Shown here piece after piece: positions 1 to 10,099 of a stretch of DNA of 64,000 nucleotides. Source of the DNA: a bacterium (GTDB lineage: Bacteria > Hinthialibacterota > Hinthialibacteria > Hinthialibacterales > Hinthialibacteraceae). Under the pieces are notes generated by a model that saw only the letters and a program-made list of their open reading frames with translations, was not told the origin of the DNA and made no database searches. Within the stretch, counting starts at the first letter, position 1, and each line of letters begins with the position of its first letter. The stretch spans positions 1,568,001 through 1,632,000 of the forward strand of contig CAXXMV010000002.1 in NCBI GenBank assembly GCA_963662285.2, read 5' to 3'. A program made the translations under genes and the position numbers.

Positions 1-2
1 AC

Positions 3-719
3 ATCACTGCACCATTCGTATACATTGGCGTGCATGTCATGCAGTCCCCAGGGATTAGGCAGTTTTTGGCCAATGGGCATAGGGCCTCTCATGGCGGTTT
101 CGAGGTTTCCGCCCCACCACATGTATTGGTTGGCTAGTTGGCTCCATTCTTTGTTGATGCATTCGGGAGCATTACCGAATGAAAAGCGGGTTGTTGTGCC
201 TGCGCGACAGGCGTATTCCCATTCGGCTTCGGTAGGTAAGCGGAAAGTTCCCACGTTCAGCTGGTTCATCTGGGATATGAATCTTCTGGTATTATGGAAA
301 TTGATGCTTACGACAGGATTATTGGGGTCACTCTGAAATGCAGAATGATTGTATCCCATGATTGTTTCAAATTGCACTTGTGAAATTTCGTATTTACCGA
401 TGTAAAACGGTCTGGTGATGGTTACTTCATGTTGGGGGGTATTATATTTATCGTCTCTGTCTTCAATAATCTCATCTTCAGAAAGCCCCATCATGAATTT
501 ACCTGCTGGTATCAAAACCATCTCTAAAGCAGTGGCGCTTTTGGGGAGTTGGGCAATTTGAATGGTGATGGTTGGAAAACCATTTGCTGTCGGCTCGCCT
601 TGGATGATAGTTGCGGTAATATCCTGGGGTGGCGCAGGAATTATTTTGGGTTGATGTACAACAATATTACATCCTGCACAAATCAATAGCGCGATCGAAA
701 TACAGAAGAAATGTTTCAT
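3..719 (-). CDS. Formylglycine-generating enzyme (FGE-sulfatase/SUMF1) domain protein, possible lipoprotein; runs off the window start
   Basis: Not in the ORF track; translated by hand from ATG 719: MKHFFCISIALLICAGC...LEMVLIPAGKFMMG...PQHEVTITRPFYIGKYEISQ...FRLPTEAEWEYACRAGT...KLPNPWGLHDMHANVYEWCSD, all hallmark FGE-family motifs. Confidence 0.9.
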   Translation of the reverse strand, partial: MKHFFCISIALLICAGCNIVVHQPKIIPAPPQDITATIIQGEPTANGFPTITIQIAQLPKSATALEMVLIPAGKFMMGLSEDEIIEDRDDKYNTPQHEVTITRPFYIGKYEISQVQFETIMGYNHSAFQSDPNNPVVSINFHNTRRFISQMNQLNVGTFRLPTEAEWEYACRAGTTTRFSFGNAPECINKEWSQLANQYMWWGGNLETAMRGPMPIGQKLPNPWGLHDMHANVYEWCSD

Positions 720-723
720 CGGC

Positions 724-2904
724 TCATCCTGTTTCCATTGGAATATTTAATTCCAGGTCTTCGTTGATGAAGAATTGTATTTCATGAATTTGATAATTAG
801 GAGCGGTGATTGTCATGGTGTGTTCACCCTCCTCTATGCTATCTATATAATAAAAACCACTGCTGTTGCTGGTGGTTTCCTTGTCTCCAATTTTCACTAC
901 GGCATTGGGAATCAGATTGTAATATACGGCGTCGAAGATAAACCCATACACTGTTGAGGTCGAATAATCCGGCGTGGGACTGGGAGTAGGCGTGGGCGTC
1001 GGCGGCGCGGGCAACAAGCGAATATTCATATTCTGATTCTTGGAGAAGAACCGGGTTAAGGTAAATTCATAATATCCCTCCGCCTGCGCCAGAATCGTAT
1101 ACACATCCGCATTAGGTAAAATGAGTTGATATTCCCCGTTCCATCCGCTGTGGGTAACCTCATCGCCTGCTGAGATTCTGGCGCCCTCAATCGCCTGACC
1201 GCCGATCAAACCCCGCACTTTGCCGGTAATATAGATTTCATCGCCGGTTAGAATTGGCGTGGTTGGTGTGATGGTCGGCGTGTAGGTTGGTACTGGAGTA
1301 TACCCGATTGGAGTAGGCGTCGGGTCGAATCCCTGTAAAAACTGAACTGGTCCCTGCGGTTCGAAGGGACCGTAAAAGATCGGGTGTCCCGTCCTGGTAA
1401 TACAATAAACTTTGAATTCATAGGTTCGATTAAACACTGGACCGTTATGGAAACGGGGCGCCAGCCGGGGCGTTGCATCTCTCCATTCCAGATACTCTTT
1501 GGCGCCGTCAGCCGTCCGGCCTAAATAGGTATACTGCCCGGACTGATTCTCTCGAACGTATACATGAACGTCGGAGATATCATTTGGATTAATTCCGGCT
1601 TGAGCGTAGTTCCATCGGATAACCAGGGCGCGGTCATTCATGCCGTCGTAGTCCATCCCGTTGCTAAGGTCGCTCATGGTGGATAGGTCGTCGGTTATGA
1701 TTACAGTCGATCCAGTTGGATAGGTCGGCGTAATGGTTGGCGTAGCGTTAGCACCGAGAGTGGGCGTACTGGTTGGAATCGGAGTTGGATCGTCGCCATG
1801 AAGAAATTCCACCGGACCGGAATTATTGTATGGTCCATAGAAAAACGGAAAACCGGATAGGGTTAAGAAAAACACTTTGAACTGGTATTCCTGATTGAAT
1901 GAAGGACCGCTCTTGTAGGGATTGGCAATCCGGGGTGCGTCTTTCCTCCATTCGAAATATGTCGCTGAACCGCTCGCGGTCCGTCCCAGGTAATCATAAT
2001 TCTGATTGTCACGTTTCACCCAGACATGAATATCTAAAATCTCGTTGGGATCAACGGGAGCGTTTGCGAAATCCCAGCGGACGACCAAACACCGGTCGGT
2101 CGCGTCATCATAATCCCGCCCGTTGCTTAGATCGCTCATAGTGGTTAGATCGTCGGTTACGATAACCGTCTCGCCTGCGGCAAAGGTTGGCGTAGGCGTT
2201 GGAAGAACTGTGGTGGGAGACGGCGTATTGGTTGGCGTGGGCGTTTCTATTTCCGTGGGAGACGGCGTCACGTCGGGCAGTTCGCTGGGCGTGGGAGTTG
2301 GCGATAGCGTCGGGGTGGGCGATTCTTCCGGAGTGGGCGTTGGAGTAATTCCACTATGGGTAATGCGAACCGATCCGTTCTGCAAGGTCAGGGTGATATG
2401 CCCGTCATTGAGTTGGGTGACTTTTGTACCGGTGGTTTTGAAGGTTAGTGGAACCACTTGATCGGGCGCATCGTCTTTAACGCGCAACTTTAATTTCACC
2501 AGCGTTCCGCTGCCCTCAACCGCTATATATCCAGCGCCATTGATCAGGACTGCTTCCGATAAACGGTTGCCCTGGGTTTTTGAGGCATCGTTTTCATAAG
2601 TAGACCACCCCTTGCACAAGGTTCCGTTCACGGATGAACTGCCGGAGACGAATTCCAGCGGGTATTCCGGCGTGGTGTTGGGTAGATCGATGACAATGCT
2701 GAAACCCAATAATCCTTCTACATTTTCAACGCCTACCTGAACCCAAAATTCCTGGCCGGGGTGCGCGGTTTCTTCGCCGGGCAATGATAGCGTTGTTTGT
2801 CCATGCGCGTTAACGGGTGTTATCGCAAATGCGAGAAGGAGTATGATGGAAAGGAGAATCCATTGATTATTCAGGTTTCTACCTTTATTAAAATGCATGC
2901 TCAT
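724..2904 (-). CDS. Secreted protein: cohesin domain, Pro/Thr linkers, two copies of an unknown ~125-aa module, two carboxypeptidase-regulatory-like domains
   Basis: Signal peptide ending VNA; cohesin-like 'GQEFWVQVGVENVEGLLGFSIVID...GSGTLVKLKLRVKDDA'; TPTP linkers; duplicated 'TDDLxTMSDLSNGxDYD...YLGRT...EWR' module; 'ITGKVRGL/VYGFIFDA...GFYYI' domains. Start moved from 2931 to ATG 2904 (GAAAGGG upstream). Confidence 0.8.
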   Translation of the reverse strand: MSMHFNKGRNLNNQWILLSIILLLAFAITPVNAHGQTTLSLPGEETAHPGQEFWVQVGVENVEGLLGFSIVIDLPNTTPEYPLEFVSGSSSVNGTLCKGWSTYENDASKTQGNRLSEAVLINGAGYIAVEGSGTLVKLKLRVKDDAPDQVVPLTFKTTGTKVTQLNDGHITLTLQNGSVRITHSGITPTPTPEESPTPTLSPTPTPSELPDVTPSPTEIETPTPTNTPSPTTVLPTPTPTFAAGETVIVTDDLTTMSDLSNGRDYDDATDRCLVVRWDFANAPVDPNEILDIHVWVKRDNQNYDYLGRTASGSATYFEWRKDAPRIANPYKSGPSFNQEYQFKVFFLTLSGFPFFYGPYNNSGPVEFLHGDDPTPIPTSTPTLGANATPTITPTYPTGSTVIITDDLSTMSDLSNGMDYDGMNDRALVIRWNYAQAGINPNDISDVHVYVRENQSGQYTYLGRTADGAKEYLEWRDATPRLAPRFHNGPVFNRTYEFKVYCITRTGHPIFYGPFEPQGPVQFLQGFDPTPTPIGYTPVPTYTPTITPTTPILTGDEIYITGKVRGLIGGQAIEGARISAGDEVTHSGWNGEYQLILPNADVYTILAQAEGYYEFTLTRFFSKNQNMNIRLLPAPPTPTPTPSPTPDYSTSTVYGFIFDAVYYNLIPNAVVKIGDKETTSNSSGFYYIDSIEEGEHTMTITAPNYQIHEIQFFINEDLELNIPMETG

Positions 2905-2970
2905 GTCAACTACCCTTTCATACAGTTTCACTTGTTACTGATATAACACATATTTACAAGGATTGAAAGA

Positions 2971-3013
2971 AGCGGGAGTTTCATTGTTCAATATTTGTCA
3001 AGAAACTCCCGCT
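2971..3013 (-). terminator. Intergenic stem-loop after array gene 1
   Basis: AGCGGGAGTTTC ... GAAACTCCCGCT perfect 12-bp inverted repeat; only a weak U-tract on the coding strand. Confidence 0.55.
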
Positions 3014-3031
3014 CGTTATTTAATTTCAATA

Positions 3032-4800
3032 CTATTCAGGGTAATTCAGGTTGATTCTGATTTGCCCGTCATTTACCAGCGTCTGTTGTTCGTCGACTTG
3101 AATTAGTAGCGGTTCTGTCAGGGCGCCTGATAAGTCGAACTTCACCGACATCAGGTTGCTTTGGCCTTGTTGCAATGGCGTTCCCAAGGCGCCTGACAGG
3201 ATTAGGCGGCCTGGTTCGGAGTCGTTGACGGCCAGCAACCCTGATGGAACCAGCCATCCGCTTGCCGCCCCGTTGAATTGCAGCTGTTCTGGATTGTACG
3301 ACAGGTCTATGCGTAAACCTTGTACATCATCCGCATTATCGATTTGGAAGGTTACAATCCATGAACTATCCTGCTGCTCGAAGAGCACATTCATGTTTCG
3401 GGCGGTTTGGCGTTTTGATACTTTGCCAGCTGGCAACGGCTCATCCGGCCCCCATTGATCGTGATCTGTATCAGCAGGGAACCAATCAATCAGCAACGCG
3501 TATTTTTGCAGAACCAGCGAGGCGTCCAGCGTTCCCGCTACATCATCGTCGTTCACATCAGCTGCTATCGGGAAATTGAGCCAAGGCTGCATAGGATCAG
3601 GATAGTATTCAGGATAATCGAGCACCGGATAGCCAGGGAAACTGTCTATCAATTCAGCGTTGAATTGCAGCAATAGCGATGCATCGACTGAGCCTGCCTG
3701 AGCGTTGTCGTTGAGGTCGCCCCACATGAAGGGGATGTAAATCTTTATCACAAACTGTTGAGCAGGCGAGTGGTTGATTCCACCGTTGGCGATGCCGCCG
3801 CTGTCGAATAGAGTTGCGGTTGCATCAAACACGCCGTGTGTATTCACATTTGGCGTGAAGCGCAAGGTTCCACCTGCATCGATGGTTGGCGATGCCGAGA
3901 ACAATTCGGGGTTGCTGGTTTCAACGTCGAACCAAACTATCTGAGATGATTCGTTCGCCGGACCAGTGCTGATCGCAGTCGCCCATGCGGGAAATGTATG
4001 CTGCCCGCCAGTGGCGTTGAGAACCACCGCAGTAGCGCCCGCGATGAAGGATGGAGCGTCGTTGACCGGATCGGCGGTAATGCTGAAAATGTAAGGCGTC
4101 GAACTATCGATGCCGCCGTTGGCGGTTCCACCTGAGTCATGCAGAACGGCGGTGGCGTTGCAAATACCGTACTCGTCGCTAGCCAATGTATAACGTAACG
4201 CTCCGGACGCATCGATGGTTGGTTGAACAAAGAACAGCGATGCATTATCAATATCCAACGTGAAATTCAAATCCTGCCAAGATTCATAGGCTATGCCTGG
4301 GCTGATGTCAGTAGCCCAGCCAATGATTTCATGGGCGCCGGAATCTTCCAGCACAACTTCGTTGGCGCCGCCCGTGAAGGTCGGGATATGGTTTGGACCG
4401 AGAACTGTGGCGCTCCAGATTTCTGTACTGTAAGCGATAGCGTCTTCGTTCAAACTTGTTAGCGGAGTGAAACTAACAGATATAGGCGTAAAGTCGGCTA
4501 ACGTCTCGTTGACATGCAGTTGGAATTTCATCAACGACCCTGCACCGCTCGCTAAAGCATCCGTAGCGCTGGCGCAGGTGAAGATGGCTATTTCGGGGCT
4601 GGAACTGTTTACAACCAAAGGCCCCCAACCGTTTTCTGTGGAGGTTCCAACCTTGGTCGCTGAACCTGGAACGTAAGTTACTTTGCTTGGGTCGAGGTCT
4701 AGGGCTATGCGGTAGCCGACGACGCCTGATGCGTCGGAGATGTTGATGGCTATTTCTACGTCTTGATTTCGGTTGACGTTGATTTCGCTCGGTTCGAGGG
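3032..4800 (-). repeat. Copy 1 of ~1.77-kb constant region shared by the array genes
   Basis: Near-identical DNA at ~6266-8035, ~10100-11870, ~14673-16445, ~19434-21200; diverged copy at ~23990-25755. Confidence 0.92.
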
Positions 4801-6064
4801 AGAGGATGGGAACAGATGCAGGTTCAGCAAAAAACATCCGCCCATACGCACCACTACCAGAACCATCTTGAGGATAACTCGTATAGGCAAAGGCTATATT
4901 TCCATTATCATTCATATCAATATCATAAGGTGCATGCGTATCATAATTTGTATATGCATTTACATAAAATTCGTCTCCTATAGGATTTCCAATTGGATCG
5001 AAACGTTGAGCATACATACCCCTTGCATATCCATCTTGATCAGTACTCTGCCAACCAATAATGAAATTACCATAATTATCTATAGCAATGCAGGGAGTTG
5101 ATTGATCATTTGTTGTATAGGTATTGACCAGAATTTCTGATCCAAGAGTATTACCATTTGAATCAAATCGTTGAGCCTTCACATCATAATCGGATAAAGA
5201 ATTATCTTGCCAAGTAATCACATAACTCCCACTATCATTCATTGCAATACGTGGACCACTTTGATGTCCAGTGGTTGTAGAATTGATTAGAGTTTCGGAA
5301 CCAACCTCATTACCATTTGAATCATATCGTTGAGAATATACACCATAACCTGATCCATCTTGCCCATCACTCTGCCAAACGGTAATAAAATTACCCGAGG
5401 AATTCATCGCGATGCCTGAGGACATTTGATAACCCGTAGTGTATGTGTTGACTTGAAATTCAGTGCCAACTTTGTTTCCATTACTGTCAAACCGTTGCGC
5501 ATACACACCACGGTCTGATCCATCTTGCCCGTTGCTATCCCATATAATAATGAAATCACCCGAAGAATTCATGGCGATATCTCTGGGAAATTGATTATCC
5601 GAAATGTATGTGTTGACTTGAAATTCAGCACCTATTTTGTTTCCATTACTGTCAAACCGTTGTGCGTATACTCCCTCCCCTGAACCATCTTGTCCATCAC
5701 TTACCCAAGTAATAACAAAATCACCAGTAGTTTTATTGATTGCAATTTGAGCACTCCTTTGATAACTGCTAGAGTAAGTATTTACTTTTATTTCACCCGT
5801 TAATGGTGTTGCATCGCTATCAAAAATTCTTGTATAGACACTATCCTGTGAACCATCTTGCCAATCACTTTGCCATGTATAAACAACTCGCCCATTGTTA
5901 TCCATCGCACAAGACGGATAACCTTGATGACTTGAAATATACGTATTTAGCTGAAATTCGTTTCCGACTGTTATCAGTTCAGAAGCACACACATTCATTG
6001 AACTAACAACAATTCCAATAACTGCCACAATATTCATGTACTTTGATAGAATTAGCCGTTTCAT
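3032..6064 (-). CDS. Array gene 1: secreted 7-repeat (EFQVNTY-type) putative beta-propeller + constant cohesin-Ig-Ig-dockerin-cohesin body
   Basis: Seven ~55-aa repeats (EFQLNTY/EIKVNTY/EFQVNTY... with QDGSxxGVYAQRFD); shared C-terminal body with 'GDLNDNAQAGSVDASLLLQ' and 'ADVNDDDVAGTLDASLVLQ'. Start ATG 6064 follows GGAGGAG. Confidence 0.88.
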   Translation of the reverse strand: MKRLILSKYMNIVAVIGIVVSSMNVCASELITVGNEFQLNTYISSHQGYPSCAMDNNGRVVYTWQSDWQDGSQDSVYTRIFDSDATPLTGEIKVNTYSSSYQRSAQIAINKTTGDFVITWVSDGQDGSGEGVYAQRFDSNGNKIGAEFQVNTYISDNQFPRDIAMNSSGDFIIIWDSNGQDGSDRGVYAQRFDSNGNKVGTEFQVNTYTTGYQMSSGIAMNSSGNFITVWQSDGQDGSGYGVYSQRYDSNGNEVGSETLINSTTTGHQSGPRIAMNDSGSYVITWQDNSLSDYDVKAQRFDSNGNTLGSEILVNTYTTNDQSTPCIAIDNYGNFIIGWQSTDQDGYARGMYAQRFDPIGNPIGDEFYVNAYTNYDTHAPYDIDMNDNGNIAFAYTSYPQDGSGSGAYGRMFFAEPASVPILSLEPSEINVNRNQDVEIAINISDASGVVGYRIALDLDPSKVTYVPGSATKVGTSTENGWGPLVVNSSSPEIAIFTCASATDALASGAGSLMKFQLHVNETLADFTPISVSFTPLTSLNEDAIAYSTEIWSATVLGPNHIPTFTGGANEVVLEDSGAHEIIGWATDISPGIAYESWQDLNFTLDIDNASLFFVQPTIDASGALRYTLASDEYGICNATAVLHDSGGTANGGIDSSTPYIFSITADPVNDAPSFIAGATAVVLNATGGQHTFPAWATAISTGPANESSQIVWFDVETSNPELFSASPTIDAGGTLRFTPNVNTHGVFDATATLFDSGGIANGGINHSPAQQFVIKIYIPFMWGDLNDNAQAGSVDASLLLQFNAELIDSFPGYPVLDYPEYYPDPMQPWLNFPIAADVNDDDVAGTLDASLVLQKYALLIDWFPADTDHDQWGPDEPLPAGKVSKRQTARNMNVLFEQQDSSWIVTFQIDNADDVQGLRIDLSYNPEQLQFNGAASGWLVPSGLLAVNDSEPGRLILSGALGTPLQQGQSNLMSVKFDLSGALTEPLLIQVDEQQTLVNDGQIRINLNYPE

Positions 6065-6208
6065 AACATCTCCTCCTTTTGTTTTTTGGATAATCAAAAT
6101 TATCCTATTATCACTATGGTTTATATGCGGATAAAACATATGTTTTTTTGATCATTATCAATTTTTGACTTATGAAACTTGATCTTCTCTTCCTTGGATA
6201 AGAAATTA

Positions 6209-6243
6209 AGCAGGAGATTTCATGCGAATAGAAACCTCCCACT
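6209..6243 (-). terminator. Intergenic stem-loop after array gene 2
   Basis: AGCAGGAGATTTC ... GAAACCTCCCACT, related to the other array hairpins; pairs with G-U on the minus-strand transcript. Confidence 0.5.
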
Positions 6244-6265
6244 CGTTATTCAATTGATTTCAATA

Positions 6266-8035
6266 CTATTCAGGGTAATTCAGGTTGATTCTGATTTGCC
6301 CGTCATTTACCAACGTCTGTTCTTCATCGACTTGAATTAGTAGCGGTTCTGTCTGGGCGCCTGCTAAGTCGAACTTCACTGACATCAGGTTGCTTTGGCC
6401 TTGTTGCAATGGCGTTCCCAAGGCGCCTGAAAGAATCAAGCGGCCTGGCTCTGAATCGTTGACGGCTAGCAACCCTGATGGAACCAGCCATCCGCTTGCC
6501 GCCCCGTTGAATTGCAGCTGTTCTGGATTGTACGACAGGTCTATGCGTAAACCTTGTACATCATCCGCATTATCGATTTGGAAGGTTACAATCCATGAAC
6601 TATCCTGCTGCTCGAAGAGCACATTCATGTTTCGGGCGGTTTGGCGTTTTGATACTTTGCCCGCAGGCAGCGGCTCATCCGGCCCCCATTGATCACAATT
6701 CAAATCGGCGGGGAAGCAATCAATCAGCAACGCGTATTTTTGCAGAACCAGCGATGCGTCCAGCGTTCCCGCCACATCATCGTCGTTCACATCGGCTGCT
6801 ATCGGGAAATTAAGCCAAGGCTGCATAGGATCGGGATAGTACTCTGGATAATCGAGCACCGGATAGCCAGGGAAACTGTCTATCAATTCAGCGTTGAATT
6901 GCAGCAGCAGCGATGCATCGACCGAGCCGGCTTGAGCGTTATCATTGAGGTCGCCCCACATGAAGGGGATGTATATCTTTATCACAAACTGTTGAGCAGG
7001 CGAGTGGTTGATTCCACCGTTGGCGATGCCGCCGCTGTCGAATAGAGTTGCGGTTGCATCAAACACGCCGTGAGTATTCAGGTTTGGCGTAAAGCGCAAG
7101 GTTCCACCTGCATCGATGGTTGGCGATGCCGAGAACAATTCGGGGTTGCTGGTTTCGACGTAGAAGAACCAAACGCTCTGATCGGATTCGTTGGCCGGTC
7201 CAACGCTGATGGATGTCGCCCATCCTGGGAATGTATGCTGCCCGCCAGTTGCGTTGAGAACCACCGCAGTGGCGCCCGCGATGAAGGATGGAGCGTCGTT
7301 GACCGGATCGGCGGTAATGCTGAAAATGTAAGGCGTCGAACTATCGATGCCGCCGTTGGCGGTTCCACCTGAGTCATGCAGAACGGCGGTGGCGTTGCAA
7401 ATACCGTACTCGTCGCTAGCCAATGTATAACGTAACGCTCCGGACGCATCGATGGTTGGTTGAACAAAGAACAGCGATGCATTATCAATATCCAACGTGA
7501 AATTCAAATCCTGCCAAGATTCATAGGCTATACCTGGGCTGATGTCAGTAGCCCAGCCAATGATTTCATGGGCGCCGGAATCTTCCAAAACAACTTGGTT
7601 CGCTCCACCTATAAAATACGGCTGATGGTTTGGACCAAGCACGGTGGCGCTCCAGATTTCTGTACTGAAAGCGATGGCATCTTCGTTCAAACTTGTTAGC
7701 GGAGTGAAGCTGACAGATATAGGCGTGAAGTCGGCTAACGTCTCGTTGACATGCAGTTGGAATTTCATCAACGACCCTGCACCGCTCGCTAAAGCATCCG
7801 TAGCGCTGGCGCAGGTGAAGATGGCTATTTCGGGGCTGGAACTGTTTACAACCAAAGGCCCCCAACCGTTTTCTGTGGAGGTTCCAACCTTGGTCGCTGA
7901 ACCTGGAACGTAAGTTACTTTGCTTGGGTCGAGGTCTAGGGCTATGCGGTAGCCGACAATGTCTGAAGCATCGGAGATGTTGACGGTGATTTCTACTCCT
8001 TGATTTCGGTGGACGTTGAGGTCTGTGGGGTTGAA
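6266..8035 (-). repeat. Copy 2 of constant region
   Basis: Near-identical to 3032-4800. Confidence 0.9.
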
Positions 8036-10027
8036 GTCGATTGTTGGTAGTGGCTTATTATCGATTATGAAATTCCCAATCGATTCTGGCCCATCACCTA
8101 CCCAAAAAGAATTGATGACACTATTAGTTTCAGTATCAATTACTGAAACTGAATCATCATTGTTATTAGTCACATAAATACGGGATCCATTGTTGTTTAT
8201 CGATATCCCATGCGGAGCATCTCCAACAGGAATAGTTGTAATAACCATATTCGATAGAGTGTTTATAACCAAAACATTATCATCATCTCGATTTATAACA
8301 TATAATAAATTCTTTGTAGGATGCGCCACAAGACTAATTGGTGTATTACAAACGCTGATTGTATGCAAAGTGCTATAATTCATTGTATCGACAACTGCCA
8401 CAATACCTGCACTGTCACTAGCTATATAGAGACGCGAATCGTCAGCGGATGTTTCAAACGCCAATAATGAAAATGGTACAGTGAATGATGTTTTAATACT
8501 GTTGGTTATTGCATTGATTACATAAACTCGATTCGTATTTCTATCTCCAACATAAACATTCTCTCCTGCATAATCTGTACAGACGCCAATAGGGTATGAT
8601 CCAGCAGAGATTGTTGTTATTACTGAATTGTTACTTGTATCGACGACTAATACATAAGAAGGACTTTGAGTAACAATATAAAGCTGATTTCCGTTGGGGT
8701 TGACAGCCAAATGCAAGGGGATTCCAGATATAGAAATAGTATCAATAACAGTATTTGTTATGGTATCTATAACTGAAACATCACCACTATTTGCGTTAGA
8801 CACATAAACACGATTCATTTTGGGATTTGCAGCAACACACCTTGGAAATGTTCCGACTGGAATTGTTTGAATAACAGAATTGTCATCAAAATCAACGAGA
8901 GATACCTCATTTGAATTTGTCAATGGAATGTATCCAAGAATCTGTGGAATGATCGTTTCCTGAACAACAAATTCATATGCGCCAATATCGTATGCCGATC
9001 CTTGAGGACGCGACACTCCTCTCTGATCAACTGCAAGACCTGTTGGGGCATAATCAATAGCAGGACTTCCTGTCAATAGTGCATGAGTTTGAGTTGGTCC
9101 GCCATTATCTGCTAAAGAATCAAATAAAGGATCAATTCCTACCATGTTTCCATTAACACCATCAGGCACTCCTCCTGTGCCAACAATATTATACTGAGAA
9201 GTTGTAATAGAACCTTGGATATCCTTATTTGAATTTGTTGCTGAATTACCATAAACAATACTATTTATTAAACTATTGCCTGAACTACCCCATAATAGAA
9301 TTCCACCACCACCATACGCAGTTGCGGAATTTCCAGTGATAGTACAATTTGAAATAGAGACATTAGTGTTCCCGTCCACTCCACCCCCTTTTTCTGCTGA
9401 GTTTCCTGTAATAGTACAATTCGATAAATTGATAGATGAAGCAGAATACTGATCACCGAATACTCCACCACCATCTTTTGCTGTATTTCCAGAAATCAAG
9501 CAATTAAAGGCATTCAAGGTCCCGGAAACATATATCCCTCCACCCCAATCATTGGTCGTCCTACAATTAAGTATGGCGCAATTTTCTAATGTAAGTACGG
9601 AATTAACATAAATGCCAATACCCCCACCTTTTCCATAACCTCCATTACCATTTTGCATTGTCAAATTACGTATCGTAACAGTTGAATTTTGCGTTATTGT
9701 AAAAATACTGACGCTATCATTTCCGTCCAATGCTAAGGTATCTGCTCCAAGACCATCAATAGTTATTGCTTTGCCACTTATATACAATTGCGAATTCAAA
9801 TATATAATCTGACTGGATAATGAAGAATCAAAAACAATTGTATCACCACTAACTGAATCTGTGATTGCCTGCCTTAGTGATCCAGCACCACTGTCATTCG
9901 TATTAGTAACTGTTAGCGAGTACGAATTTTGCGTTAACAATACTACGCAACACATCACAGATAACAAAACAAATAATACCTTTTTTAATGCTAATCTTCC
10001 ATGTTCTGATACGTTATCTTTGTTCAT
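6266..10027 (-). CDS. Array gene 2: secreted beta-helix (choice-of-anchor Q-like) + YVTN beta-propeller + constant body
   Basis: 'VTNTNDSGAGSLRQAI', GGG-rich 'NCTITGNSA' repeats, 'LADNGGPTQTHALLTGSPAID...DQRG...DIGAYE'; YVTN repeats ('RVYVSN', 'RIYVTN', 'VSVIDT'); shared C-terminus. SD GGAGG. Confidence 0.9.
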   Translation of the reverse strand: MNKDNVSEHGRLALKKVLFVLLSVMCCVVLLTQNSYSLTVTNTNDSGAGSLRQAITDSVSGDTIVFDSSLSSQIIYLNSQLYISGKAITIDGLGADTLALDGNDSVSIFTITQNSTVTIRNLTMQNGNGGYGKGGGIGIYVNSVLTLENCAILNCRTTNDWGGGIYVSGTLNAFNCLISGNTAKDGGGVFGDQYSASSINLSNCTITGNSAEKGGGVDGNTNVSISNCTITGNSATAYGGGGILLWGSSGNSLINSIVYGNSATNSNKDIQGSITTSQYNIVGTGGVPDGVNGNMVGIDPLFDSLADNGGPTQTHALLTGSPAIDYAPTGLAVDQRGVSRPQGSAYDIGAYEFVVQETIIPQILGYIPLTNSNEVSLVDFDDNSVIQTIPVGTFPRCVAANPKMNRVYVSNANSGDVSVIDTITNTVIDTISISGIPLHLAVNPNGNQLYIVTQSPSYVLVVDTSNNSVITTISAGSYPIGVCTDYAGENVYVGDRNTNRVYVINAITNSIKTSFTVPFSLLAFETSADDSRLYIASDSAGIVAVVDTMNYSTLHTISVCNTPISLVAHPTKNLLYVINRDDDNVLVINTLSNMVITTIPVGDAPHGISINNNGSRIYVTNNNDDSVSVIDTETNSVINSFWVGDGPESIGNFIIDNKPLPTIDFNPTDLNVHRNQGVEITVNISDASDIVGYRIALDLDPSKVTYVPGSATKVGTSTENGWGPLVVNSSSPEIAIFTCASATDALASGAGSLMKFQLHVNETLADFTPISVSFTPLTSLNEDAIAFSTEIWSATVLGPNHQPYFIGGANQVVLEDSGAHEIIGWATDISPGIAYESWQDLNFTLDIDNASLFFVQPTIDASGALRYTLASDEYGICNATAVLHDSGGTANGGIDSSTPYIFSITADPVNDAPSFIAGATAVVLNATGGQHTFPGWATSISVGPANESDQSVWFFYVETSNPELFSASPTIDAGGTLRFTPNLNTHGVFDATATLFDSGGIANGGINHSPAQQFVIKIYIPFMWGDLNDNAQAGSVDASLLLQFNAELIDSFPGYPVLDYPEYYPDPMQPWLNFPIAADVNDDDVAGTLDASLVLQKYALLIDCFPADLNCDQWGPDEPLPAGKVSKRQTARNMNVLFEQQDSSWIVTFQIDNADDVQGLRIDLSYNPEQLQFNGAASGWLVPSGLLAVNDSEPGRLILSGALGTPLQQGQSNLMSVKFDLAGAQTEPLLIQVDEEQTLVNDGQIRINLNYPE

Positions 10028-10053
10028 TTTGGCCTCCTATAACTATTATATTT

Positions 10054-10087
10054 AGCAGGAACTTCAATATAAAAAGAAGTTCCTGCT
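10054..10087 (-). terminator. Intergenic stem-loop after array gene 3
   Basis: AGCAGGAACTTC ... GAAGTTCCTGCT perfect 12-bp stem; no U-tract follows on the minus strand, so it may stabilise RNA rather than terminate. Confidence 0.5.
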
Positions 10088-10099
10088 TGATACTTAATA

